From positions 395,515-459,514 of the forward strand of contig CAVUFH010000003.1 in assembly GCA_963740835.1 (NCBI GenBank): a stretch of DNA of 64,000 nt, read 5' to 3'. How positions within the stretch are numbered: position 1 is the first letter of the stretch; every line of letters starts with the position of its first letter. Positions 9,252 through 18,570 of the stretch are shown piece by piece. The translations under genes were made by a program, and so were the position numbers. The notes beneath the pieces were generated by a model. The model was not told the origin of the DNA, made no database searches, and saw nothing but the letters and a program-made list of their open reading frames with translations. This DNA is from an uncultured Actinomycetes bacterium. Its GTDB lineage: Bacteria; Actinomycetota; Acidimicrobiia; IMCC26256; PALSA-610.

Positions 9252-10782
9252 TCAGTCGGGCGCACGCTCGCAGCGGAGGTGACGGTCCTCGCTCGTGAGG
9301 CAGCGTCCCGACTCGAGCTCGAACTGCCAGTGGTGGAGCGAGCACGTGAGCACGCCGTCGCGTGATCTCGCCGAAACGGGTGAGATCGGCCTGCCGGTGC
9401 GGGCACCAGCGTTCGATCCGCCACCCGTCGCGCTCGAAGAACTCGTCGGCGCGGCGCGCCTGCCGGTAGCTGCGTTCCACGTAGGCGATCCGTTCCGGGC
9501 CGAGCGCCTTGAAGAACGTCATCACGTACTCGTTGAACGGCCCCGGCCGCGACGCGCCGAACCGGCACGAGAGGAACAGGGAGTTGACCCAGTCCTCGAC
9601 GTGCTCGTCGACAAGCCGCGTGATCAAACGACGGTCCACCGTGATCTTGTAGACGTACGGCTCGCCCGCCCACTCCCGCACGGAACGCTCGACGAAATCG
9701 AGACAGACGGCGTCCTCCGGACCCATCTCGATCACCACGTTCCCCGCGATGCCGGCCGAAGTGATCGGGGCCTGTTCCATCAGCGGCGCGAACCACTCGC
9801 CGAGGTCGGCGACGAGATCCCGCGGCGCCGAGCTCCAGGAGTCGTGTTCGGTCGCGAGCCATCCGCCCCAGTCCGCTCGGTACTCGGCGAGGTACGCCGC
9901 TTTGTCCGCGAACGGATCGGCGGTGTCGCGGCTCGTCGCCGCTGACACCCGGCAGTCACCCGCATCGAGCTCCACGAGCGATCCGGGGACGAGCAGTTCT
10001 GCGTTGTCGACCCCCGCCGCCGCGAGCTCGGCGAGGAACACCATCTGGTCCGGGAAGATGTTGCGGGGATCTTCGTCGAGGTCGTTGAACCCGAACAGCT
10101 CGTCGTCGAGGAAGCATGGCGGCCCCGCGCACGGGAAGACGCGCGCCGCCTTGACCCACTCGATGTACTGACGCGACCGCGCCATCTGGTTCACGCGCTT
10201 CTCGGCCGCGAGGCGGTCGCGCTCCTCGGCGGGGAAGTCGTAGACGATCGGATACCAGATCGCGCCCGAGAACTGCAGGAAGTGCGCGTCGTACGGGCCG
10301 AGCGCCTGCAGCGCGCCCGGGTCGCCGGGCCGCGCGTCGTTCTGGTCCAGCAGCCGAGCCGACCCGTCGCCGAGCACCAGCCCGGAGTCGCCGAGGGGGC
10401 CGTCGGCAGGGGCCGTCATCGCGAAGATCGCGACCTCCAGGCCGTCGAGATCGACCGGCTCGCCGTCACGCGTCTCCACGAAGTGGCGGAAACCCAGGGC
10501 CTCGAGCTCGCGGCGGAGGAACGGCGCGGGGAAATCGGGCAGCAGCACGCGGGCGCCCTTGTCGACGTGGCCAGCGAGGAAGGCGGGGTCGAAGTGGTCC
10601 CGGTGCAGATGCGACACGTAGAGGAAGTCGGGCCGGCCGAACCGTGCCGGCTCGAGCCGGTCGTTCCGGGGAAATGGGAACCATGACCCGAAATAGGCGG
10701 GTGTGAACCACGGATCGCAGAGCACCGAGCCGAACCGGGTCTCGACGAACAAGCCCGCATGTCCGAGGAACGTGACGTGCAC
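9252..10782 (-). pseudogene. MBL-fold hydrolase-like protein with a C-terminal Rieske [2Fe-2S] domain; reading frame disrupted near 9355-9365
   Basis: The N-terminus reads FLGHAGLFVE...YVSHLHRDHFD (MBL fold). The first Rieske box, WCPHRQADL, is in the main frame. The second box, CSLHHWQFELESGRC, and the true stop (9252-9254) are in the +1 frame. The start is uncertain (GTG 10782 or ATG 10896). Confidence 0.65.
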
Positions 10783-11515
10783 CAGGCCATGTTCGCGGCT
10801 GGAACCCCCGTGGGAGCGCACGCAGCTGCCAGACGGCCGATGCGGCAGACGATTCGACCGAGATTTCCCGTCCAGGCGGCGTCGGCGCACGGACATATGA
10901 CGTGTTTCCTCGTTCGCAGGCCGTCGGGAACCCGGCGGTGACTCCCCCTCTCGCACCGCCGGCCGTCTCGGTTCCGGTATCGACCCAGCCCAGCCCCGCC
11001 GGAGCGAGGGACCGGCGGTGCGGGGGACTTCTGCGTGCACTTCGCCGCTCCGACATTGCCACCCTTCGGCCTGGGCGGGTCGAAATGGGTCGAGCGTCGG
11101 GCGGAGAGCAAACGCCGGATGCGATCGCGTCGGTGACCGGGCGGGTCACCAGCGGGGGCGTGGACCATCCGGCGTCTTCAGTACCGGTGGGCGGCGCATT
11201 CGCGTCGCCCACCGGGATGATCGATCGCGACCCCAGGCCGGTCGCGGACGCGTCCGTGCCCAGCGCACGGTTCGCGAGTTCCCAGCGCTCGGTCGCGAGT
11301 AGCGGCTCCAGCCGAAGTCGGGCGGCTATCCCGGCTCGGAGCCCGCTCGCGGCCCGCAGGTTCGCTTCATGACGACGCTGACTGCACCACGCTCCCGCGT
11401 CGGCACGCGTTGCACGCGTGTACCGCGAATTGCGCGCGCGAGCACGCCTAGACTCCGGCCGGTCAGCTCCGCTGGCGCCACAACGGAGGCCTGGCCGACG
11501 GAGGTGTGGTCGCGC

Positions 11516-12082
11516 GTGACCGTTCCAGCTCGAGACCACGCGTGGGCCGAGCGCCTCGCCGCGGGTGACGAGCAAGCACTGCGGGAGGCGTACCGCGAGT
11601 TCGCGCCGGCGGTGTTCGGCCTGGCGATCCGCGTCGTCGCCAACGAGCCGATCGCCGAAGAGGTCGTCCAAGACGTGTTCGTTCGCCTGTGGGAGCGGCC
11701 CGAGAGCTTCGACCCCACCCGCGGACCTCTCCGGGCCTACCTCCTCGCCATGACCCACAGCCGGGCGGTCGAGCGGGTCCGCTCCGAGGATTCGCTGCGC
11801 CGGCGCCACGAATTCGCCCAGCGCGAAGCGCACGTGGAGGCCCCGATCGAGAGCCCGGAGCACGTGCTCGTCGACAAAGATGTCAGCGCGGCCATACGAA
11901 CTGCGCTCGCAGCCCTTCCACAATCCCAACGCGTGCCGATCGAGATGGCGTACTTCGAGGGGATGTCCTACCGGCAGGTTGCGGTTGCATTGGAAGAGCC
12001 GGAAGGCACCGTGAAGTACCGCATCCGCTGCGGGATGCAGAAGCTACGGACGGCGCTGCGGGCAGCCGAGGTCGGGCCATGA
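11516..12082 (+). CDS. ECF (sigma-70 family) RNA polymerase sigma factor
   Basis: Region 2 reads EEVVQDVFVRLWERPESFDP, and region 4 reads LPQSQRVPIEMAYFEGMSYRQVAVALEEPEGTVKYRIRCGMQKLR. The start is uncertain (GTG 11504 or 11516, after GACGGAGG). Confidence 0.85.
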   Translation: MTVPARDHAWAERLAAGDEQALREAYREFAPAVFGLAIRVVANEPIAEEVVQDVFVRLWERPESFDPTRGPLRAYLLAMTHSRAVERVRSEDSLRRRHEFAQREAHVEAPIESPEHVLVDKDVSAAIRTALAALPQSQRVPIEMAYFEGMSYRQVAVALEEPEGTVKYRIRCGMQKLRTALRAAEVGP

Positions 12083-12807
12083 CGTACCCCTACGACGACG
12101 AAACCGAGGACCGGGTGATCGCCCGGGCGCTCGACGCCGATAACGGTGACCCCGACAACAGTGACGAGGCCGCGATGGATCGCGCCACGCTCGACGAGTA
12201 CCGCAAGGTGCTCGCGTACCTTCCGCTGGAAGAGATCGAACCCCCGGCCGCGCTCGAGGACCGGACGATCGAGGCTGCGCTCACGCGCCGCCCGGCCCAG
12301 ATCCCGAGCATCAACCGCCGGGCCAAGCGCCGGGCGACGGCCCGCTGGATCACGCTCGGTGCCGCCGTCACCGCCGCCGCGGCCGTGATCGGATTCATGT
12401 TCGTGACCGGCGACGACGCCAAGAACACCCCCGGTGGTCGCGTGGATCTCGCAGGCGCCGCCAACGAAGACGTCCTCACACCGATCTTGGCGACGCCCGG
12501 TGTCCGCAAGGCGACGCTCATCGGCGACGGCGACGCGGTCGGCAAGGCCGCGCTCACCCCGGCCGGTGATGGCGTCCTCTACGACCTGATGCTCGCCGAG
12601 CAGCTGCCGAACGGACAGCACCTCTGGATGTGGCTCGTCACCGACGGCAAAGTGGTGCCGATCGGGCAACTCGCCGATCCTTCGGCGACGGTGCACTTCA
12701 TCGTGAGCGGCGACGTCAGTGCGGTCACCGGTGTGTCGATCTCGCTCGAGGACGGCGGCGCAAAGCCGACGACGCCGGGCCCGATCGTCGCCAGCGCCAA
12801 GTTCTGA
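12079..12807 (+). CDS. Anti-sigma factor, RskA-like (single TM, extracytoplasmic RskA-type domain)
   Basis: It has an ATGA overlap with the sigma gene and a central TM helix (WITLGAAVTAAAAVIGFMFV). The C-terminal HLWMWLVTDGKVVPIGQL pattern resembles the anti-sigma-K RskA domain. Confidence 0.7.
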   Translation: MTYPYDDETEDRVIARALDADNGDPDNSDEAAMDRATLDEYRKVLAYLPLEEIEPPAALEDRTIEAALTRRPAQIPSINRRAKRRATARWITLGAAVTAAAAVIGFMFVTGDDAKNTPGGRVDLAGAANEDVLTPILATPGVRKATLIGDGDAVGKAALTPAGDGVLYDLMLAEQLPNGQHLWMWLVTDGKVVPIGQLADPSATVHFIVSGDVSAVTGVSISLEDGGAKPTTPGPIVASAKF

Positions 12808-12980
12808 GCTGACACCGCATCACCTTCGGACACCGCGTCCCCTTCGGACGACGCGACCGAGCTTCAGACTTGACTGTCACGGAACCGCCACCCGGTCCGC
12901 GCATGGCGCGATGCCAGGCGTACTACGAAGTGACGGTGGAGCGCGCGCCACGGCCCGGGAGCCGACAATGGCGCTCGCGC

Positions 12981-14273
12981 TCAGGAGGCCCTGACGCGCT
13001 TGGCTCGGACCTTGTCCCGGAGCGCCGAACGGGCCACCGCCTCCATCACGAAGGCGAGGCCGAGGAGCGCGACCCACGGACCGAACCGGCCTGCAGCCGA
13101 CCCAAAGGTGGACCAGGCGCCGTCGGAGCTCAACGGGTCGAGGCTGCCGGCGACGGCCTTGGCGTAGAGCTGGTTGTTCTTGGCCGCGACGTCAGTGGCG
13201 GTCTTGCCGGTCACGGACGACGCAGAGGCGTAGACCGTGCGCTCGGCGCCGGCCGCGTCGGGGTTGGTGATACCGAGCACCCCGGCGCTGTCCTTGTCGC
13301 TAAAGGAAACGTCCAGAGCGACGATCGGCGCCGTGCCAGGGGCGATGCTCGCGGCAGCGTCCTTGGCCGATGACTTCGACGAGCTCGGCGACTCGTCGGC
13401 GGGCGGGGTCTCGTCCACCGCCCCCGGCGTCTCATCGACCGGCAGCGTCTCGTCCGCGACGGGCGGCGCCTCGTCGACGACGGGCGGCGCCTCGTCGACG
13501 ACGACCGGCGTCTCGCCCACCGGCGCCGGTGTCTCGTCGACCGGCGTCGTGTCGACCGGAGTCGTGTCGGCGGGCGGCGTCGTCGTGTCGGCCGGCGGCG
13601 TCGTCGTGTCGGCCGGCGGCGACGAAGTGTCATCAGCCGGCGGCGGGCTCGACGTGTCGGCCGGCGGCGGCGTCGTGTCGGCGACCGGCGTCGCGGCGTC
13701 CACGGGCGGCGTCGCAGGGTCAGCGACCGGCGTCGACGTGTCGGCCGGCGGCGTGGACGAGTCGGCCGGCGGCGTGCTCGTATCGGCCGGCGCAGTGTCC
13801 GCAGGCGCAGTGTCCGCAGGCGCGTCGAGCGTGGTGGCCGTGTCGATCTGGGTTGCCGGCTCGGTCGTAGCGGCCGGATCGGTCGTCGGGACCGCGGATT
13901 CGTCGACCGTCGGGGTGGCCGGGTCGTCGACCGTTGGAGCGGGCTCGGTCGCGGGTGGATCGGCCGCAGGTGGCGGCGACTCGTCCGTTGCCGGGGTCGT
14001 TTCGGGCGGCGTCGCGGTCGGGGTTGTGTCGTCGACGGCCTGGGGAACCACCGGCGTCTCGATGAGGACCGCGGGCTCGGTCGTGATCTCGGTGGGAACG
14101 GGGACATCGACCGCCGCGGCGGCGGGTGCCATGGGCATCCCGGCGAAGGCGAGGGCCGCGGCGCCGCCGAGGAGGCAGCGCAGGCATCGGGCCCGGGGAC
14201 CGGGGACGGCTCCGGCTCGCGGCGCGTCGAACGGGACTGACCTGCCCGCCGTCCGCCGCAACCGTGTGCTCAT
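12981..14273 (-). CDS. Pro/Thr/Asp-rich repetitive secreted protein with a C-terminal hydrophobic anchor
   Basis: It has an N-terminal signal peptide followed by about 250 aa of PADT/PVDE-type repeats and then a folded-looking region. The sequence ends with GPWVALLGLAFVMEAV followed by a basic tail. No LPXTG motif is present. Confidence 0.7.
   Translation of the reverse strand: MSTRLRRTAGRSVPFDAPRAGAVPGPRARCLRCLLGGAAALAFAGMPMAPAAAAVDVPVPTEITTEPAVLIETPVVPQAVDDTTPTATPPETTPATDESPPPAADPPATEPAPTVDDPATPTVDESAVPTTDPAATTEPATQIDTATTLDAPADTAPADTAPADTSTPPADSSTPPADTSTPVADPATPPVDAATPVADTTPPPADTSSPPPADDTSSPPADTTTPPADTTTPPADTTPVDTTPVDETPAPVGETPVVVDEAPPVVDEAPPVADETLPVDETPGAVDETPPADESPSSSKSSAKDAAASIAPGTAPIVALDVSFSDKDSAGVLGITNPDAAGAERTVYASASSVTGKTATDVAAKNNQLYAKAVAGSLDPLSSDGAWSTFGSAAGRFGPWVALLGLAFVMEAVARSALRDKVRAKRVRAS
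13380..13900. repeat. Degenerate short tandem repeats (15-24 bp units such as GTCGGCCGGCGGCGTCGTCGT) within the Pro/Thr-rich gene
   Basis: Repeated units are directly visible, e.g. 13575-13620 (ggcgtcgtcgtgtcggccggc x2) and 13795-13820 (gcagtgtccgcaggc x2). Confidence 0.7.
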
Positions 14274-14319
14274 CCGGAGATCCTCTTCCCGACCCTCTTC
14301 CCGCCCCGCTCAGGTACGC

Positions 14320-14350
14320 GCTGTCGACTTCCTGATGTCTGCGTTCCGGA
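14320..14350 (-). promoter_or_regulatory. Candidate ECF-type promoter (GGAAC-N16-CGAC) upstream of the Pro/Thr-rich protein gene
   Basis: The minus strand reads cttccGGAACgcagacatcaggaagtCGACagc about 45 nt upstream of the ATG at 14273. This is a consensus-like -35 element with only a weak -10. Confidence 0.2.
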
Positions 14351-14725
14351 AGAGCCGTCTTGCGACCGGTGCTCCCCGCGTTGTTGCAAGTCTTTCCGCA
14401 GAGATCCCCGTCGATGCCTCGTCAGTGTTGAGACATCACCGGCACTCGACCCGGTGAAGATACTCGCTGGACGCTGCAATCTTCCAGAGCCCTTCGTGCT
14501 ATTTGGTGAACGAGATGTAACAAGTTTTCCGCTCGAGCGTCCTGCTCCCACTTGCCCTCCCTCGGGAACTATCGGCGGGAACGGCCCGCAGCCGAAGCGA
14601 TTGGCGTCACGGCTGTGTAACCGGCCCCAGCGGGAAATCGACCCATCGGGGCTTCACCGTACGATTGCGCGCGCGGCCACCGCCCCTGACCAGGGAAATT
14701 CCTGACGACGAATGAAGGCGCGACC

Positions 14726-14748
14726 GCGGCAGCCCGGTGGGCTGCCGC
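14726..14748 (-). terminator. GC-rich hairpin downstream of the aldehyde dehydrogenase stop
   Basis: GCGGCAGCCC-ggt-GGGCTGCCGC forms a perfect 10-bp stem 33 nt past the stop at 14781. There is no U-tract, which is common in high-GC actinobacteria. Confidence 0.45.
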
Positions 14749-14780
14749 AGCAAGAATTTCGGGACCGCCGGTTGGAGTGA

Positions 14781-16213
14781 CTACAGCTGCATGGACTTGA
14801 TCTCGAGGAACTCCTCGAACCCGTGCTGGCCGTACTCCCGGCCGTAACCGGACTGCTTGTAGCCCCCGAACGGAGCGTTGGGGTTGAACGCGCCGCCGTT
14901 GACCTCGATCTGGCCGGTGCGGATGCGCCGGGCGACCTTCTTGGCCCGCTCCGGGTCGGCCGACCACACGCCTCCCGACAGCCCGTAGTTGGTGTCGTTG
15001 GCGATGCGGACCGCGTCTTCCTCGTCGGTGTACGGGAGGATCGACAGCACCGGCCCGAAAATCTCTTCGCGGGCGATCGTCATGTCGTTCGACACGTTCG
15101 AGAACACCGTCGGCTGCACGTAGTAGCCCTGGTCGAGGCCCTCGGGCTGGCCCGGGCCGCCGGTCACGAGCTTCGCGCCTTCGTCGATGCCCTTCTGGAT
15201 GTAGCCGTTCACGCGCTCGACCTGGACCTGCGACGACAGCGGCCCGAGGCTCGCACCATCGGCGAACGGGTCACCACGGCCGGTACTTCGACTCGACCTC
15301 GTCGGCCGCGATGCGCTCGGCATCAGCCATACGGTCCTGCGGTACGAGCATGCGGGTGAGCGCGGAGCAGGTCTGGCCCGAGTTCAGGTAGGCCTTCTGG
15401 ATGCCGTCGCGGACGGCCCGGTCGAACTGGTCCGCATCGAGGTCGTCGAGCAGGATGTTCGCCGACTTCCCCCCGAGCTCGAGCGCCACCCGCTTGAGCG
15501 ACTGCGACGCCAGCTCGGCGACCCGCTTGCCGGCACGCGTCGAGCCCGTGAACGAGACCATGTCGATGTCCGGGCTGGACGCAATGGCCTCACCGACGAC
15601 CGGTCCGGTGCCGGTGACCAGGTTGAAGACGCCGGCGGGGAGCCCGGCGTCGTTGATGACCTCGGCGAGCACGAACGCGTCGAGCGGGGCGACCTCGCTC
15701 GGCTTCAGCACGACCGTGCACCCGGCCGCCATCGCGTACGCGACCTTGGCCGCGACCTGGTGCAGCGGGTAGTTCCACGGGCGTGATGCAGCCGACGACC
15801 CCGACCGGCTCGCGGACGATGAGGCTGTTGCCGTTCTCCTCTTCGTACTGATAGCTGCCGGCGAGTGCACCAGCCTGCGCGAACGAGTTGATCGGGAGGC
15901 CGGCCTGGACGATCAGGCTGAGCCACTTGGGCATGCCCGCCTCGCGGGTGACGATCGTGGCGATCTCGTCCATGCGCCCGCCGAGCCCTTCGGCGATGCG
16001 GGACATGAACTTGCCGCGCTCCTCGGCGCTGCGCGCGGCCCAGTCGGGGAAGGCGGCGCGGGCGGCCTGCGCGGCGCGGGCGACGTCCTCGGCCGTGCCG
16101 TCGGGGATCGATCCGATGACGGAGCCGTCGGTCGAGTCGTAGACGTCGATCGAGCCCTTGCCGGATGACGCCACCCAGGCCCCGTCGATGTAGATCTTGT
16201 CGTGCGTGGTCAC
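14781..16213 (-). pseudogene. NAD(P)-dependent aldehyde dehydrogenase; two reading-frame disruptions (near 15778-15785 and 15280-15292)
   Basis: Three consecutive minus-strand ORFs give a colinear ALDH. They read ...[12 protein letters not shown] | WNYPLHQ...[10 protein letters not shown]...GQTCSA... | GDPF...EEIFGPVL...GLSGGVWS...[13 protein letters not shown]. Confidence 0.85.
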
Positions 16214-16258
16214 GGCGTTCCCCCTCGGGTTTGTGATGCGCCGGTCAGTGACCCGACG

Positions 16259-18499
16259 CTACCCCTCGGCGCCCGGCACCACCACGCCGTCCAGGACGAG
16301 GTCGACCAGCCCATCGACCGTCGCGCGTTCGAGCGCCGCGCCGGTGACGAGCGTGCGGAGATAGAGCGGCCCGAGGAGCGCGTCGATCACGAGCTCCGCG
16401 TCGACATCCGCGCGCACCTCTCCGCGCGCACGCGCCCGCTCCACCATCTCGACCAACTCGCGGCGCCGCGGTTCGACGAGCACCGCGCGCAGGCTCGGGG
16501 TGAGTTCCGGCGCTTCGACGGTCGCCTGCAGCAACGCCACGATCACCGGGCGGATCGCCGGCTCGCGCAGCGCGCCGGTCGCCTGACTCAGGTAGTCGCA
16601 CACATCGGTGCGGAGCGCGCCCGTATCGGGGACGTGTTGCGCGGCCATCGTCGCGAACGCGACGGCGACGACCCGGTCGAAGTTCGTCCCCCACGTCCTT
16701 CCGCCCGCGGTGCTGATCCCGGCGCGCGCGGCGACGCCGCTGAACGGCAGGCTCGACATCCCGGCTTGGCTGAGCAGTCCGACACCCGTGCTGTCGAGCG
16801 GGGTGCGGGGCTCGGAACGGGACAAGCCCATGCCCGCGCGCCACGCGAGGTCGTCGGCGTCCTTGGTGAGCACCTCCGAGCGGGCGGGCCGGGAGGGCAG
16901 GAAGAAGAGGGCCACAAGCGCGCCGATCACCGCGATGACCGCGCCGATGATCACCGTGCGGTCCATCGCATGCACGAACGCCGCGTTCGACACCTCGGTG
17001 AGCGCGCGGCTGATGCCGGCCGGGACCTGGCCTGCCTGCTCGAGTCCTGCCAGCTCTCGCGTCACCTGCGCGGCACCGCCGATCGAGTCGCGCACCGCGT
17101 GCACCGCAGTCTGGCCCTGGTCCCCGCCGACCTGACCGATCTGCTTCACCAGCGCGGACTGGTCGATCCGAGCCTTGTACGCGCTCGCGGTGATGCTGCC
17201 GAGCACCGCGATTCCGAGCGCGCCACCGATCTCGCGCGTCGTGTCGTTCACCGCGGAGCCGACCCCGGCTTTGTCGACCGGGAGCGAACCCATGATCGAG
17301 TCGGTGGCTGGCGCCATCGCGGTGCCCATGCCGATACCGATGATCGTCAGGACCAGCGCGATCAGCCCGTAGCCGGAGTCCGTCGTCGCGCGAGAGAGCA
17401 CGATGAAGCCACTCGCGACGATCAGCAACCCGCCCGTCACGACGAACTTGGTGCCGAGGTGCTGCACGAGGTTCGCGCTCAACGGCGCCGCGACCATGAG
17501 CGAGAGCGCAACCGGTATCAGCGCCGCACCCGCTTTCAACGCGCTGTATCCGAGCACGAACTGCAGGTACTGCGTGAGGAAGAACAGCGACCCGAACATC
17601 GCGAAGAACACCAACGTGATCGCGATCGACGCGGCCGAGAAGCGCGGGTTCTTGAAGAAGCGGACGTCGAGCATCGGGTGGTCCGTGTGCCGCTCCCACA
17701 GGATGAACACGAGGATCAGCACCGCCGCGATCGCGAAGGAAACCATGGTGACGGTGTCGGTCCAGCCGTTGTTCGGCGCTTCGATCACGCCGTAGAGGAG
17801 CGCGGTCAGACCGGTGATCGACAGCACGGTTGCCGGGAAGTCGATGCGCGGTGCGCTCGCCGCCTTCGAGGTCGGTACGAGCGTCAACACCAGCGTCACC
17901 GCCACCGCGATCACCGGCAGGTTGACGAGGAAGATCGATCCCCACCAGTAGTGCTCGAGCAGCCAGCCGCCCGCGAGCGGTCCGATCGCGACCCCGAGGC
18001 CGGACACGCCGGCCCAAATACCGATCGCGCGCCCGCGCTCCGCGTCGGGGAAGACGTTCGTCAGGATCGACAGTGTCGACGGCATGATGAACGCGGCGCC
18101 CAAGCCTTGCAGGCCGCGCGTGAAGATCAGTGCGTGGGGTGAGTCGACGAGTCCGGACGCGAGCGAGCCGAGTCCGAAGATCAAGAGGCCGACGACGAGC
18201 GCGCCCTTGCGGCCGAACTTGTCGCCGAGGCTGCCGGCGGTGAGCAGCAGGCTCGCGAAGACGATCGTGTACGCGTCGGTGATCCACTGCAGCTCGCTCT
18301 GCGATGCGCCGAGCTCGCGCACGAAGCTCGGGAGCGCGACCACCACGATCGTGCCGTCGATGCCGACGACGAGCAATGACAAGCACAACACCGCGAGCAC
18401 GATCCAGCGGCGGCGGTACACGTCCGGGTCGATCGGAGGTCCGGGCGCCGCGCCCTCGGGCGGTTCGGGTGGAGCCGGCTCGACCGCAACCGCTGTCAT
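16259..18499 (-). CDS. DHA2-type (14-TMS, EmrB/QacA-like) MFS transporter read through in frame into a C-terminal TetR-like module
   Basis: The MFS part carries LGDKFGRKG and many TM helices up to about 16880. The last 190 aa (from the internal ATG at 16831) read like a TetR protein, with an HTH-like LPFSGVAARAGIS segment followed by a helical ligand-domain pattern. Confidence 0.8.
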   Translation of the reverse strand: MTAVAVEPAPPEPPEGAAPGPPIDPDVYRRRWIVLAVLCLSLLVVGIDGTIVVVALPSFVRELGASQSELQWITDAYTIVFASLLLTAGSLGDKFGRKGALVVGLLIFGLGSLASGLVDSPHALIFTRGLQGLGAAFIMPSTLSILTNVFPDAERGRAIGIWAGVSGLGVAIGPLAGGWLLEHYWWGSIFLVNLPVIAVAVTLVLTLVPTSKAASAPRIDFPATVLSITGLTALLYGVIEAPNNGWTDTVTMVSFAIAAVLILVFILWERHTDHPMLDVRFFKNPRFSAASIAITLVFFAMFGSLFFLTQYLQFVLGYSALKAGAALIPVALSLMVAAPLSANLVQHLGTKFVVTGGLLIVASGFIVLSRATTDSGYGLIALVLTIIGIGMGTAMAPATDSIMGSLPVDKAGVGSAVNDTTREIGGALGIAVLGSITASAYKARIDQSALVKQIGQVGGDQGQTAVHAVRDSIGGAAQVTRELAGLEQAGQVPAGISRALTEVSNAAFVHAMDRTVIIGAVIAVIGALVALFFLPSRPARSEVLTKDADDLAWRAGMGLSRSEPRTPLDSTGVGLLSQAGMSSLPFSGVAARAGISTAGGRTWGTNFDRVVAVAFATMAAQHVPDTGALRTDVCDYLSQATGALREPAIRPVIVALLQATVEAPELTPSLRAVLVEPRRRELVEMVERARARGEVRADVDAELVIDALLGPLYLRTLVTGAALERATVDGLVDLVLDGVVVPGAEG

Positions 18500-18570
18500 G
18501 CACGTTTCCCTTCTCGCGCCGCCGCTTTCGCCCGGCGTACGGTGGGCGTGTGCCGCACGATCGCGCAACC

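Noticed and set aside
8773-11040. Single 755-aa ORF apparently fusing MBL, Rieske and VOC domains
   Set aside because: The second Rieske Cys/His box and a stop codon are found in the +1 frame at 9252-9365, and the VOC part has its own GTG start at 9219. The long ORF is produced by a frame disruption, not by a real triple fusion.
10902-11372. 156-aa plus-strand ORF (and the 487-aa minus-strand ORF) inside the long intergenic region
   Set aside because: My hand count of G+C by phase (65/80/67% over 11161-11280) lacks the strong third-position bias of real genes here. The translations are low-complexity and there is no convincing start context.
13380-13900. Dense short repeats that could be mistaken for a CRISPR-like array
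   Set aside because: The units are 15-24 bp, contiguous without unique spacers, and lie in frame inside a coding sequence that gives Pro/Thr/Asp peptide repeats. This is not a CRISPR array.
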